This document shows, piece after piece, positions 41,030-51,593 of a DNA stretch of 64,000 nucleotides (within the stretch, counting starts at the first letter, position 1; each line of letters starts with the position of its first letter). Position numbers and translations under genes: made by a program. Below the pieces are notes generated by a model that had not been told where the DNA came from, ran no database searches, and saw nothing but the letters and a program-made list of their open reading frames with translations. The stretch lies in NCBI GenBank assembly GCA_002898395.1, contig BEHE01000002.1:32001-96000 (forward strand). The letters are read 5' to 3'. This DNA is from Candidatus Calditenuaceae archaeon HR02. Lineage in GTDB: Archaea; Thermoproteota; Nitrososphaeria_A; Caldarchaeales; Calditenuaceae.

Positions 41030-41569
41030 TTGCAGGCTAAGGTTTTGGTCGGCGTCACAGGTCCCCCAGGATGTGGGAAGACGACAACGGTGGAGATTGC
41101 TGCGAACATTCTAAGGAGGATGGGAAAGAGTGTTGGAGGAATATTGTCGAAGGAGGTTAGGTCTGCCGGCAGAAGGGTTGGATTTGATATAATAGATGTC
41201 GAGACTCGAGAATCAGTGCCGCTCGCCAGGGAGTCGGGAGAACCTGGCCCACGAATAGGGAGATACAGGGTCCATGTTGAAAACCTCGATGGATTTGCAT
41301 CGGACATTATTGAGAAGACCCTAGACGCGGGCGCCATCGTCATCGTCGACGAGGTGGGGCCTATGGAGCTGATGAGCCAGCGGTTTAGGAATGTTTTGAG
41401 AAGGGTCCTGAAGGATGCGAGCTACGCGATCTTAGCACTGCACTTTCGCTCCCGTGACCCACTACTGCTTGAGGCGAGAGGGGCTGTGACTAGGTTGATT
41501 ATTCTCAGACGCGGTGAGGCCAAAGCCGCGGCTAAGGTGATTGTGGACTCGATTATGGGCAATGGGTGA
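41030..41569 (+). CDS. Nucleoside triphosphatase (THEP1 family)
   Basis: TGPPGCGKTT, RVGF, DEVGPMEL. Confidence 0.9.
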   Translation: MQAKVLVGVTGPPGCGKTTTVEIAANILRRMGKSVGGILSKEVRSAGRRVGFDIIDVETRESVPLARESGEPGPRIGRYRVHVENLDGFASDIIEKTLDAGAIVIVDEVGPMELMSQRFRNVLRRVLKDASYAILALHFRSRDPLLLEARGAVTRLIILRRGEAKAAAKVIVDSIMGNG

Positions 41570-41575
41570 GGGGGC

Positions 41576-42760
41576 GTGGAGGCTGCTCCGCTGCCACCTT
41601 TCCCGGTAAAGATGGTCAGGGAGGGTGTGGCCGAGCTAGTCGTTCCAGAAACAGGAGAGACCCAGGCAACGACTAAACTCCCAGCATTCTACAATCCCCT
41701 CTCCAAGGTCTCTAGAGACTTGGCAGTCATCGTGGTTGGTGCTTATTTTTCCGGGGGGACTTGCAGTCTGGCCGCTGAGCCTCTCGCGGGGACAGGGGCC
41801 AGGATTATTAGGCTACTGCTGGAGTCTGGCTCCGTGTCTGAGGGGTTGGCTGGCGATATTTCTGAGTGGGCCGTCCGGCTCTGTGAGATTAACAGGCGGC
41901 GGAACGGCTTGACTGAGAGGCTGAGGATCGAGCATCTAGACGCAAACCTGCTCTTATCCAGATTGGCGGTCGAGGGGCGGGCCTGCTACGTAGACATCGA
42001 CCCATTCGGCTCTCCTGCGAGATTTCTTGAAAACGGGTTTAGAGCTACTGAGAGGCGAGGGCTGTTAGGGGTTTCTGCAACAGACCTCGCCGCCCTCTCA
42101 GGCTCCTCGCGGCGCACCGCATACTGGAAATATGGTTTAACACTTGTCAAGACCAACTTCTACAGAGAGACCGCAATCAGGGCCTTGGCGGGATTCGCGG
42201 TAATGACGGCTTCAAGGCTGAGCCTAGGAGCAGAGCCCATACTCTCGGTAGCGTATAGACACTTTGTCAGAGTGTTTCTGCGGGTGGAGAGGGGAAAACG
42301 GAGAGCCCATCACGCCAGGGCACTGGTTAGGTATCTAATTCACTGCCAATACTGTCTCAACGTCTCTGTGATAAGTAACGTAACTGAGTGGAGGGAGAAA
42401 TGCAGTATATGCGGCAACCCCAATACCATTATAGGACCAATTTGGACAGGTGCCCTTCACGACAAAAACCTCGTCGAAAGAATACTAAGCTCGGGGCATG
42501 CGTCCGACCCAACATACGGCGAGGCCATAAAGATCATTAAGGCTATTTCAGAAGAGCTTGACGACATCCCATGGTCCTTCCAACTCTCTGAAGTCTCTAG
42601 GCGAGCACGGACCTCGCCACCCAAAACAAAACACGTGGTAGAGAAACTTAGGGAGGTAGGCTACCGCGCCTCCTCCACCCACTACGATCCCGCCGCAGTA
42701 AAGACAGATGCGCCACCCGACGTCTTAACAAAGATTGTGAAGGAGCTAGTCCACAACTGA
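41576..42760 (+). CDS. trm1: tRNA (guanine26-N2)-dimethyltransferase
   Basis: FYNP...SRDL, DIDPFGSP, ATD, GPIWTG, KTDAP. Confidence 0.93.
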   Translation: MEAAPLPPFPVKMVREGVAELVVPETGETQATTKLPAFYNPLSKVSRDLAVIVVGAYFSGGTCSLAAEPLAGTGARIIRLLLESGSVSEGLAGDISEWAVRLCEINRRRNGLTERLRIEHLDANLLLSRLAVEGRACYVDIDPFGSPARFLENGFRATERRGLLGVSATDLAALSGSSRRTAYWKYGLTLVKTNFYRETAIRALAGFAVMTASRLSLGAEPILSVAYRHFVRVFLRVERGKRRAHHARALVRYLIHCQYCLNVSVISNVTEWREKCSICGNPNTIIGPIWTGALHDKNLVERILSSGHASDPTYGEAIKIIKAISEELDDIPWSFQLSEVSRRARTSPPKTKHVVEKLREVGYRASSTHYDPAAVKTDAPPDVLTKIVKELVHN

Positions 42761-42831
42761 GTATGGAGCCTGAATTACTGCAAAACAGGCCGACACTAGA
42801 TTGAAATAGATGCAGCTTAACATACGGATCC

Positions 42832-43185
42832 GTGCAGATCTGGATAAACAGGGTGTGGGACGAATTATTCCCCGGCGTCTACCGCTCCATTTTAGCCCAT
42901 AACCCCTCCACCATGCTCATGCTGGTGCGGATGCTGCCTGGGGCAGTCGTGCCGAGGCACAACCATCCCCATCTTCAGGCAGGCATTGTGCTGAGAGGCT
43001 CTCTACTTTTCAAGACGGAGCGTAGCGAAAGAGTCCTGAGAGAGGGCGACTCCTACCTAATAGATCCTTGGGAGCAGCACGAAGTGATAAACATGGGCAC
43101 GGAAGAGGCCCTCGCACTCGACATATTCAACCCAGCCCGAGAGGACTATGCTAAAGCAGCGAGGAAGCCTGATCTAGTGCTTTAA
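42832..43185 (+). CDS. Cupin-domain protein
   Basis: PRHNHPHLQAG, 'HEV', 'DIFNPAREDY'. Confidence 0.85.
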   Translation: MQIWINRVWDELFPGVYRSILAHNPSTMLMLVRMLPGAVVPRHNHPHLQAGIVLRGSLLFKTERSERVLREGDSYLIDPWEQHEVINMGTEEALALDIFNPAREDYAKAARKPDLVL

Positions 43186-43201
43186 GCCCTCCTCTGCTCT
43201 A

Positions 43202-43837
43202 CTACTGCCGCTGCCCAAGGTTTTCCCGGAAATAGAGCCGCGCGAGATAAAGCGCTGCCAGAAGTATGGTTATGCTGATCACAAGCCTTACAGGGTCCGG
43301 CACAAACCTCGAGGGAGTAATTAAGAGCGAGAGAGCTGCAAGCGTAGGTGGTAACAGTATTACGAGGGCGGCGAAGAAGACCGTCTCCACAAAACCTCTA
43401 TCTGAGAGGAGCCGCGCCAACGAGTCAAGCCAGCTATCCCTCACAGAGACCTCATGATCTGGGGGCCCACCTATCCCATAAACCCTTACTGCGATGTCTC
43501 TGAAGAGGAGTGGGTCGCTGGCAGCAAAGCCATCCTCCCTTAATAATCCATGAAGCACCCCATCCCTCACTATCCTAATCTCGGGAGGGGAGACAAAGAC
43601 GTCAAACCCCCGCAGCTTAGCTACAAGTATGGCGGCCCTTATTACGCGGTCGTTAATTTTCAATTTCAGCTTCTCTTCAAAGTATCCAAGAAGTGGCGGA
43701 CTGTTGGAAACGACCCTGTTAATTGTTATGTTGCTGTCCTTGAAAACTGGGAATGATGCCTGAATTTCTGCGAGACTCTTACCGTCTCTGGATTGTTGAA
43801 GCACCCACTCAACCGCCTTCTGGAAAGCCTCCGACAA
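43202..43837 (-). CDS. Hypothetical protein with two C-terminal TM helices
   Basis: 211 aa ORF co-oriented with ribK. Confidence 0.6.
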   Translation of the reverse strand: MSEAFQKAVEWVLQQSRDGKSLAEIQASFPVFKDSNITINRVVSNSPPLLGYFEEKLKLKINDRVIRAAILVAKLRGFDVFVSPPEIRIVRDGVLHGLLREDGFAASDPLLFRDIAVRVYGIGGPPDHEVSVRDSWLDSLARLLSDRGFVETVFFAALVILLPPTLAALSLLITPSRFVPDPVRLVISITILLAALYLARLYFRENLGQRQ

Positions 43838-43846
43838 CTCGTGAAA

Positions 43847-44590
43847 TCAAGTTTTAGGCAAAATTTGACCCTTATCTTCGTGTGGTATCTGTCCCGCGGC
43901 CGAGAAATTGGCTGCGGGGAGCGTTACAGTTATCTTGACCTTGTCACCATCAGATAGACCGTACTTTCCCCGCAGATAAACAGGAGAGATCACCTCTATG
44001 ACGTTCTCGCCATAATGCGTCCTCTCGATGTATAGGATAGCACAGAGGTCAGAGTTATTAAAGGAGGCGAGTATTGCCCGCGCCCCACCATAAGTCCGGT
44101 TCCTGTCCTTGAACCCCTCTATCCATATGTCGGCATATTTTCCTACAAGCGTCCTATTCTGGATTGAATCCCAAGATAGGAGATTCACGTTAAGAGTCCC
44201 TGGGTACGGGTCAAACCCTAGCTTCTTTCTTATCTGGTCCCTGTACCATGGAAGGGAGATATAATATGCTCCCTCCCCCATTCCGCTGAAGACCCTGCCC
44301 TCAAGCACCACCTCGACAGGCTTCTCAATTATCCTCTTCAGCTCCGCATACAGTTCAGAGAGCTCATTGATGGATTTCTTGGTCAACCTCACATAACACG
44401 ACCTACCAACCATCCTCCTTTCAATAAACCCTTCCCTCTCCATCTTTATCATGACTCGAGAGGCGGATTGCTGAGATGTGTTGAGGAATCTCGCGAGGGC
44501 TGGCGTTGTGACCTGGACCCCATTACTGAAGCCATTCCTCTCATAGAGGTAGAGGAGGAGGCGGAGCTGCATTTTGTTAAGATTCATCAA
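43847..44590 (-). CDS. ribK: CTP-dependent riboflavin kinase with N-terminal HTH (RbkR type)
   Basis: SQQSASR HTH; SGMGEGAYY, PYPGTLN, RTHY. Confidence 0.92.
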   Translation of the reverse strand: MMNLNKMQLRLLLYLYERNGFSNGVQVTTPALARFLNTSQQSASRVMIKMEREGFIERRMVGRSCYVRLTKKSINELSELYAELKRIIEKPVEVVLEGRVFSGMGEGAYYISLPWYRDQIRKKLGFDPYPGTLNVNLLSWDSIQNRTLVGKYADIWIEGFKDRNRTYGGARAILASFNNSDLCAILYIERTHYGENVIEVISPVYLRGKYGLSDGDKVKITVTLPAANFSAAGQIPHEDKGQILPKT

Positions 44591-44715
44591 ATATTACGGC
44601 GTTATACTCCCTCATTAATCTATTCCTGACTAATGACCCTTAAAAGACTTTTGGTAGCCGCTTCTAAAATTACACCCTCCTAAGCCCAGGACAGATAGAT
44701 ATTAAATCCTTAGGC

Positions 44716-45324
44716 CTATAACTGGATCGTCTCCATCCTGATGACTCCAGACCTGCCTATCACGAGGATGTCTATACCATTCCCACTGGCCGCGTCGCGT
44801 GTAGCACCGGCCTTGACAGCCTTCACGGCTAGATCGCTTATCTCATCAGCCCTGGCACCCGGCTTGAACCAGGTCTCAAGCACTCCAGCGGCTATCTCCG
44901 CACCGCTACCAACCGCCGTATAATCGTCTTCGATCACTGAGCCAAGCGGGTCAAGGACATATATGTGGGGGCCGGTCGAGTCAACGCCGCCCACCACCGT
45001 CTCGGTGAAGTAGGGGAAGAGCCGGTTTCCGAATAGATAGGTGGAGAGGACCTTTGCGACTGTGTTCACGGATGGGAGCCTCCCTTGCTCCAATATGTAG
45101 AGGTTTATCAATGCTTTGGCCTCCCTGATGAGTCCCTGCATATCTGAGACCAATCCGGCACATGCGGCTCCTGCGTTCCTTGTCAGCTGGAAGACCTTCT
45201 GAGCGTTCTTAGAGACCACAAAGTTGCCATATGATAGCCTCTTCTCAGAGGCTAGGACAACGCTATCAACCCCCTTTATCCCGACAGTAGTCGCCCCCGG
45301 AATGATGTAATAGCCCTGCTGCAC
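44716..45324 (-). CDS. psmB: Proteasome beta subunit (probably the non-catalytic paralog)
   Basis: PGATTVG, AGLVSD, DPLGS, GSG, RDAASG; start uncertain (45324-45357). Confidence 0.92.
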   Translation of the reverse strand: MQQGYYIIPGATTVGIKGVDSVVLASEKRLSYGNFVVSKNAQKVFQLTRNAGAACAGLVSDMQGLIREAKALINLYILEQGRLPSVNTVAKVLSTYLFGNRLFPYFTETVVGGVDSTGPHIYVLDPLGSVIEDDYTAVGSGAEIAAGVLETWFKPGARADEISDLAVKAVKAGATRDAASGNGIDILVIGRSGVIRMETIQL

Positions 45325-45428
45325 AACCACTAGAGAAAGGCTCAACCTTTTAACCATTCCCTAATCCGCCGCTCACCGTCTGGCCTAGAGCCACCTTTAT
45401 TTAGAACAGCCACAACACAATATCGCGG

Positions 45429-45911
45429 ATGGCCCAGCAGGAGCTTAGACTAATCGTCAGGCTGCTCAACGTGGACCTGGACGGGGGTAAAAAAATACCC
45501 TACTCACTCGCCGGGATAAGGGGGGTGGGGATTACTTTTGGATACGCCGTAGCGAGGGCACTCGGCATCGACCCAGAGCTGAGGCTTGGACAGCTAACTG
45601 ACCAGCAGCTAGCACTAATTGAAGACTGCATCAGGAATCCGGAAAAGTATGGTATTCCATCATGGATGTATAATAGGAGGCGTGACCCTCAGAGTGGAAA
45701 AGACCTTCACCTGATAGGGGCTGATCTTGACTTGGCAATAAAAGAGGATATTCAGAGGGAGATGAGGATAAAGTCTTGGAGAGGTGTTCGTCACTCTCTA
45801 GGCCTTAAGGTTAGGGGGCAGAGGACTAGGACTACCGGGCGGAAGACCGGGCCGGTAGGTGTCGTCAGAAAGGCCGCCGAGGCGGCTGCGAAGGAGTCAA
45901 GCAAGAAATAG
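45429..45911 (+). CDS. rps13: 30S ribosomal protein S13
   Basis: IRGVG, RGVRHSLGLKVRGQRTRTTGR. Confidence 0.97.
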   Translation: MAQQELRLIVRLLNVDLDGGKKIPYSLAGIRGVGITFGYAVARALGIDPELRLGQLTDQQLALIEDCIRNPEKYGIPSWMYNRRRDPQSGKDLHLIGADLDLAIKEDIQREMRIKSWRGVRHSLGLKVRGQRTRTTGRKTGPVGVVRKAAEAAAKESSKK

Positions 45912-45912
45912 C

Positions 45913-47031
45913 TTAGCTCCTTTCTATAGCCCCTCGCGCGAGGCTGGCCCCCAAAACCAAGCTTTTCTCCTTCTTGAAGGCAACATCCCACCTCCTAGTT
46001 CTTAAGCCGCAGTCGTTGCAAGCTATAATTCGAGACGGGTCGTCAAGAACTCTAGCGGCGAAGATAAGCCTATCCCGCACCAGCTCCGGAGGCTCTATGT
46101 AATCTGAGTGCACATCTATTACGCCAGGAGCAATCATAAAGTTCGCCGAGTATTCCCTGAAGAGCCTCAGAGCCTCATAGCCGATCCTCTCACTCTGCCC
46201 TAGCCTCACCGTGTCTCTGTTTGCACACTCAATAGAGAGCTCATGTGTCTTGGCTTCGAGTATGTGTGGGAATAGTAGGCGGTAATCGCTGTAGCAGATG
46301 TGGATTGTGAAGCGCGCGTTGATTCCCTTCACCACCTCATTAAACGCCTCCACGAATAGACCTACCTCTCCGGGCTTAGTTGTGGCTGCAGGCTCATCAA
46401 TCTGGATCCTATAGGCGCCATTCTCTACAAGCGACAGAACTACGGGCCTCACCACCTCCTTGGCCAGATCAAACACCATCTCTCTCTTCGCCTCTCTCTT
46501 CTTCTCTACTAGGCTCTCAGTAGGTCTAGCTTTTGCGATATAGTATTCGTCGAAGCTCCAGTCCGATAGAGTGTAGGGCCCGGTAATGGGGACCTTTAGC
46601 TCTCTCCGCGCGTGCTTCTTCGCGAACAGGAACTCAGAAACGTAGCTGTTCTCAACTAGTAGAGGCTTTGACCTTATCGCCGCCTTATTATATGTCTCTG
46701 CATCCCAAACCTTCACTTTCCCGAGAAACTCTACACCACGTACTTGTCTAAGCGCGTGTTCATACATCTCAACCCTCTTCTGCTCACCATCCCAAACCAC
46801 ATCGAGCCCCGCAGCCTCGTGGAGGCGTATAGCATAGAGCGAGGCCCAATCCCGCAGCTCCTCTTGCGTATACTCTTTTCTTCTAAGCTTATCCACCAGC
46901 ACTTCAAATCCCTCCACGCCTAACACCCTCCCCCAGTACTCCGCCTCAGATATCGCAATCTCGTCAAGCCTCTTTCGCAGAAAAGGAGCCCTCATCAGGC
47001 TTCCAACTTCTTGTGTGGGGAAGAGCTTCAC
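45913..47031 (-). CDS. metE: Cobalamin-independent methionine synthase, catalytic half
   Basis: TQEVGS, DGEQ, TGPYT, QIDEPA, HICY, DCGL zinc ligands. Confidence 0.9.
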   Translation of the reverse strand: MKLFPTQEVGSLMRAPFLRKRLDEIAISEAEYWGRVLGVEGFEVLVDKLRRKEYTQEELRDWASLYAIRLHEAAGLDVVWDGEQKRVEMYEHALRQVRGVEFLGKVKVWDAETYNKAAIRSKPLLVENSYVSEFLFAKKHARRELKVPITGPYTLSDWSFDEYYIAKARPTESLVEKKREAKREMVFDLAKEVVRPVVLSLVENGAYRIQIDEPAATTKPGEVGLFVEAFNEVVKGINARFTIHICYSDYRLLFPHILEAKTHELSIECANRDTVRLGQSERIGYEALRLFREYSANFMIAPGVIDVHSDYIEPPELVRDRLIFAARVLDDPSRIIACNDCGLRTRRWDVAFKKEKSLVLGASLARGAIERS

Positions 47032-48020
47032 GACATGCCACCTCTAAGAAGCCTGTAAGCAACTGCAAGCCTCTCAACCTTCGCATCCGCCACACGCCTT
47101 GGTAGATACTCAAGATCGGTGTTGGTGGTTAAGTGGTATGACTTGGCATTCACGCACTCAACCACGCTGGACAATATAGCCACTATTTCCTCATTGCTCT
47201 CAACGTAACTATTTCGCGCATCTATGCATCCAACAGCGAGAGCCCCCTCGAAGGAGTACCCCCTTATTTCCCCCGGATCGGTGGAGAAAGGGTCTATCCC
47301 CACAATATCGAGCGGAGCATCAAGTATCCATGGAAAAGCATTGGAGGCGTCGTGGAAGAACAGATGGACCATAAGCAGCCCGCTGAATCCATTCTTTATC
47401 ACCCTGAGGGCCTCTTTCACAGTCTCTACCTGGTCTATGTCAAGCCTATTCTCGACGAGGGATGGAGCGCTTAGCTGAAGGAGCGCCGGCCCAGAGCCCT
47501 CAAGCGACCTCAATTCCTCCACAATTATCTCTGCAAAGTCTAAAACTAGGTCTTCCCATCTGTTATAGGATTGATTGATTGAGAGGCTATAGAATGTATA
47601 GGGCTCCGGGAGAATCAGTTTCCAATTAATCTCCTTTAACAGATCTGTGAAGACATATTTTTCAAGAATTCTAGTGGTTCTCGAGAGGTTTGATACTATT
47701 ATTGGCCTCTTGTAGAAGAGGTTGTTGTCAAACCACCGCGTCAGTGGCCCCAACTTGACACCCTCCAGGTGTTCTGCGAAGGGTCTTAGAATATCATGCC
47801 ATAGGAGCTGCCCCTCAGCTATATAGGTCATGCCCAGCCGCCTCTGCATCTCAATAACCGCAGAGGCCTCACGCCGCGCCAGACCAACTACACTGTCGTA
47901 AGACTCCCTCCCCTCCGCCAGCCGCCTAAAAGCCATAATCAGCTCCTCAGACCTCGGCATCACACCACCTAAGTGACATGCATCTACCTCCAACACCAAG
48001 CTATAATACACCCACTCCAA
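47028..48020 (-). CDS. MetE N-terminal-half-like protein (split MetE partner)
   Basis: 'TRWFDNNLFY', PEPYTF; lacks Zn ligands; overlaps metE. Confidence 0.8.
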   Translation of the reverse strand: MEWVYYSLVLEVDACHLGGVMPRSEELIMAFRRLAEGRESYDSVVGLARREASAVIEMQRRLGMTYIAEGQLLWHDILRPFAEHLEGVKLGPLTRWFDNNLFYKRPIIVSNLSRTTRILEKYVFTDLLKEINWKLILPEPYTFYSLSINQSYNRWEDLVLDFAEIIVEELRSLEGSGPALLQLSAPSLVENRLDIDQVETVKEALRVIKNGFSGLLMVHLFFHDASNAFPWILDAPLDIVGIDPFSTDPGEIRGYSFEGALAVGCIDARNSYVESNEEIVAILSSVVECVNAKSYHLTTNTDLEYLPRRVADAKVERLAVAYRLLRGGMS

Positions 48021-48091
48021 AGCCGTAATAAAGGTGTTACACGCGGGTAATCCTCTTATCTTAGCCGGCCAACAATAAACGGTGCTGAATC

Positions 48092-49549
48092 ATGGGCGAC
48101 TCTAACAGAGACGTAGCCGCTTTTTATGCTAGCTGTAAGGAGGCGGCGGACTATATTCGAGAAGAGGTGAATCGCGGCGCGGAGATACTTGTCGCCGGAC
48201 ACAACGATGCAGATGGATTATCCTCGATAGGGGTTGTGGCTGGTGGGCTACTAGATCTCGGAGCCAAGTTTATCGCGAGGAGTGTTTTTAGGCTTGAGGA
48301 GTTTATAGAAGTGATGGGTGAACATAATGGCAGAATGATTATCCTCGTGGACATGGGTAGCGGCAGTATAGGTGAGCTTAGGAGCATTTTCGAGGAGGCG
48401 AAGCTCGTTATAATTGATCACCACCAGCCTGACCAGGCGGCTGTGGAGGGGTGGAAACATGTTAACCCCCACCTATTCGGTATTGACGGAGAGTCTGAGG
48501 TGAGCGCGGCAGGTGTTGCATACCTCGTGATGAGGAATATAGTCCCTAATCCCCAGAGATATGCCCCCCTGGCAGTAGTTGGGAGCCTCGGAGACCTTCA
48601 AGACAAGGGGGAGAAGAGGAGACTGGTCGGGTTAAACGAGGAGATCGTCTCAGAAGCAGTCAAGGGATCACATCTCAGGGTCAGGGAAGACTTCATCCTC
48701 TATGGTAGAGAGTCCAAGCCTATACACCAGGCATTAGCTGGCACTCAGAGCCCATACCTCCCAGGCCTCAGCGGGGACGAGGCCGCGTGTCTCTCACTCG
48801 TCATGGAAGCTGGAATAGAAGTGCAGGATGGGGATAAGTGGCGGACAATCGCTGACTTGGCTGAGGAGGAGAAGAGCCGGCTCTATAACGCGATAGTCTC
48901 CTATCTTGTGAAGAATAACCAGCCAATAGAGCCTGTCAAAGATTTGATTGGGACTGTATATGAGCTGGTTAACGAAAGTGCCTCGTCAGGTCTCAGGGAT
49001 GCTAGGGAGTATTCACAGCTTCTGAATGCATGTGGTAAGACGAATAACTCTTGGCTTGGAGTCGCGGTTGCCATGGGGTATAGGGGCTGGGTCCTCAAAG
49101 AGGCGCAGAAGGTTGTGGAGCAGTACAGGGCAATGCTGAAGAAGAGCCTTGACTTTGCCTCAAAAAATCTGGAGCAGATGTACCACATAATGGTCCTTCG
49201 TGTGGGGCCTGAAATAGACGTCCGGCAAGTTAGCTCTGTGGCCTCTATTCTCTCGTCTTCAAAACTCATACCGGCTGATAAGCCCCTAATAGTGGTAGGC
49301 CAAGAGGGTGGTATTGTTAAGATTTCAGCTCGCGCCTCACCAAGACTAGTCTCTCTGGGCCTGAACCTAGGCGCAGTCATGAGGGAAGCCGCCTCAAAGT
49401 TTGCCGGGCGGGGCGGGGGCCACAGGATAGCAGCCGGAGCCGAAATACCTGCAGAAAGGCTGACGCTCTTTCTACTCGAGGTTGACAGACTTATCGGGGA
49501 GGCTCTCTCCCACGTTAATACTCAGATAACACTGGATGATGATTCTTGA
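48092..49549 (+). CDS. DHH/DHHA1 RecJ-like protein (GAN/Cdc45 family)
   Basis: HNDADG, DMGSG, IDHH, GGGH; conserved context with pcc1 and rps3ae. Confidence 0.9.
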   Translation: MGDSNRDVAAFYASCKEAADYIREEVNRGAEILVAGHNDADGLSSIGVVAGGLLDLGAKFIARSVFRLEEFIEVMGEHNGRMIILVDMGSGSIGELRSIFEEAKLVIIDHHQPDQAAVEGWKHVNPHLFGIDGESEVSAAGVAYLVMRNIVPNPQRYAPLAVVGSLGDLQDKGEKRRLVGLNEEIVSEAVKGSHLRVREDFILYGRESKPIHQALAGTQSPYLPGLSGDEAACLSLVMEAGIEVQDGDKWRTIADLAEEEKSRLYNAIVSYLVKNNQPIEPVKDLIGTVYELVNESASSGLRDAREYSQLLNACGKTNNSWLGVAVAMGYRGWVLKEAQKVVEQYRAMLKKSLDFASKNLEQMYHIMVLRVGPEIDVRQVSSVASILSSSKLIPADKPLIVVGQEGGIVKISARASPRLVSLGLNLGAVMREAASKFAGRGGGHRIAAGAEIPAERLTLFLLEVDRLIGEALSHVNTQITLDDDS

Positions 49550-49821
49550 GGCACGAGGCTATTCTTGTTGTAAGGTTTTGCAGCGCAGCCGAGGCAGAGA
49601 TAGCTGAGCGTTCTCTCGCCCCTGATAATCATCCCCTACCACCGTATCTGAACCTCGGCGTAGAGAGAAGGGGAGAGAATCTGGTTTATAAAGTCGCATG
49701 CAACGACAGACCTCTTCAAACCCTCCTCTCAACACTAGATGACATACTGCGGGCGCTCCTAATAGTTGAGCCCATCATATGTGAGAATAGAGGGGAGGAT
49801 GCTGAGCGGCGCCGCGTGTGA
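49546..49821 (+). CDS. pcc1: KEOPS complex subunit Pcc1
   Basis: 'SLAPDN', 'TLLSTLDDILR'; position between the DHH gene and S3Ae. Confidence 0.8.
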   Translation: MRHEAILVVRFCSAAEAEIAERSLAPDNHPLPPYLNLGVERRGENLVYKVACNDRPLQTLLSTLDDILRALLIVEPIICENRGEDAERRRV

Positions 49822-49868
49822 CGTTATATTTAAAATGTTGATTAGGCGCTAAAGGGTGAAGAGCAGGG

Positions 49869-50486
49869 ATGTCGTCAAAGGCTGCGAAGAAAGGAGAGAA
49901 GGCCGAGTACGTGATTAAGGCACCCCCCTACTTCGCTGAAAGGACACTAGGAATAACCAGCAGCGATGACCCCAAAAAGCTACTGAACAGGACGGTGAAA
50001 ACCAGCCTCTATACACTAACAGACGACCCAACAAAACAGTACATCTTGGTCAAGTTTCAGATCGTAAATGTTGACGGCAATGTAGCAGAGACCATCTTTT
50101 ATGGACATGAATATGATAGAGAATTTCTCAGGAGCCTTGTGAGACGCGGTACAAGCAAGATAGACGGGTACTATAACGTTGAGACGAGAGATGGGTATAG
50201 GCTGAGGGTTCAATGTACGGTATTTACCCATAACAGGGTAAGGTCTGGGAAGAAGACGTCTATCCGGCACATCATGAGAGAGGTGGTTGAAGCCTCGGCT
50301 AAAAAGCTTGAACTGGGACAGTTTGCGCAGGAGATTGTGCTAGGTAAGACCGCTTCAGACATCTACAACGCCGTCAAGAAGATTCTTCTCCCCCGGCATG
50401 TGGGAGTAGTTAAAACGAAGGTCCTCGCAAAGCCTCAACTTTCGGCAGCTGACAAGGGACTAGCCGCTGGACAACCCCAATCCTAA
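49869..50486 (+). CDS. rps3ae: 30S ribosomal protein S3Ae
   Basis: GHEYDREFLRSLVRRGTSKID. Confidence 0.95.
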   Translation: MSSKAAKKGEKAEYVIKAPPYFAERTLGITSSDDPKKLLNRTVKTSLYTLTDDPTKQYILVKFQIVNVDGNVAETIFYGHEYDREFLRSLVRRGTSKIDGYYNVETRDGYRLRVQCTVFTHNRVRSGKKTSIRHIMREVVEASAKKLELGQFAQEIVLGKTASDIYNAVKKILLPRHVGVVKTKVLAKPQLSAADKGLAAGQPQS

Positions 50487-50869
50487 GGGCTTACACCGTC
50501 CCTATCGCTGGAGACTCCGTGGTGGCGCTTCCTGTGATACGCCCTTAGATAGTAGCCCTCCTCTCTCAGGGGCCCGAAACTCCTCACGCCCTTCTCATAG
50601 ACCTGTCTCTTCAGCCTCTCTGACTCCTCCTCCGTGATCTCTCCCCTCTTCTTTAGAAACTCTATCACTTGTATTGCCTCTTCCTCTGTTGCGCACCTCA
50701 TTAGGTAGTCCTCTGGGCCAGGCATGAAGCCCCTGAGCGGCTCCCCCTCCATCTCTACGCTAGAGTCTTCTAGGCTTGTGCTAGGTTGTTCGAGCTCGTC
50801 AGATAGGGCTGGGAAGAGCCTCTTAAAGTCGCGCTTGTCCCAAGGGATCACTAGGCCTCTATCAAGCAT
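50483..50869 (-). CDS. DUF2095 family protein
   Basis: 'FPALSDEL', 'DYLMRCATEEEA', 'GVRSFG'. Confidence 0.75.
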   Translation of the reverse strand: MLDRGLVIPWDKRDFKRLFPALSDELEQPSTSLEDSSVEMEGEPLRGFMPGPEDYLMRCATEEEAIQVIEFLKKRGEITEEESERLKRQVYEKGVRSFGPLREEGYYLRAYHRKRHHGVSSDRDGVSP

Positions 50870-50909
50870 ATGCTTCCCGATATTTAAGCAGAGGGGTCTG
50901 CCACGGGAT

Positions 50910-51593
50910 CTAATCCCCTATACGCGGCCCACTGGTTTTCAGCCTCTCATAGAGGTCGTAGAACTTGAGGTCTTTCTGTACCCTCTCCCTCGCCTCGTTT
51001 GGATACACTCCCTTAACTCTGCCTTCCTCAAGTAGGGCTATCTCATCCGCTACTAGGAGCGCCTCGAGCGGGTCGTGGGTCACATATAATATTGGGGTCT
51101 CGAGGATTCTGATCAAGTTGAGTACCTGCTTCTTGTTAAGCCAGTCAAGGTTAGCGCAGGGCTCATCCATTAGGAGGGCTTCAGGATTCTTCAGAAGGAC
51201 TGTTGCGATGGTGAGTATCTGAGTCTCTCCAAGCGACAGGTTCCTCTTCCCTACGAGGGGTTCGAGCCCTAGCTTGGATATGAGGGGCCTATAGTCTGTG
51301 CCATGTAGCTTGGAAAAGTATTCCAGCTGGTCGCGGGGGCTCATGGCCAGCCTAACTACTCTCTGTGGGACATAACCTAACGGCCTATCCTCCACTGCTA
51401 GGTCGGAGATGTCGCGCCCATTGACGATTATTCTTCCATTAGCCGGTCTGATTAAACCCATAATGGCCTTAAGCAATGTTGATTTTCCAGCACCGTTCCT
51501 CCCCAGCAGAACTGTCTTTGACCTCACCTTTAACAGCCCAATTTCAAGCCTCCAATCCCCCCTAACTATGACGAGGTCACGTACTTCCAGCAC
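50910..51593 (-). CDS. wtpC: Molybdate/tungstate ABC transporter ATPase
   Basis: GRNGAGKS, GYVPQ, MDEP, YVTHD; operon context. Confidence 0.75.
   Translation of the reverse strand: MLEVRDLVIVRGDWRLEIGLLKVRSKTVLLGRNGAGKSTLLKAIMGLIRPANGRIIVNGRDISDLAVEDRPLGYVPQRVVRLAMSPRDQLEYFSKLHGTDYRPLISKLGLEPLVGKRNLSLGETQILTIATVLLKNPEALLMDEPCANLDWLNKKQVLNLIRILETPILYVTHDPLEALLVADEIALLEEGRVKGVYPNEARERVQKDLKFYDLYERLKTSGPRIGD

Noticed and set aside
45913-48020. Split methionine synthase as a novelty
   Set aside because: Two-gene MetE is already described in archaea.
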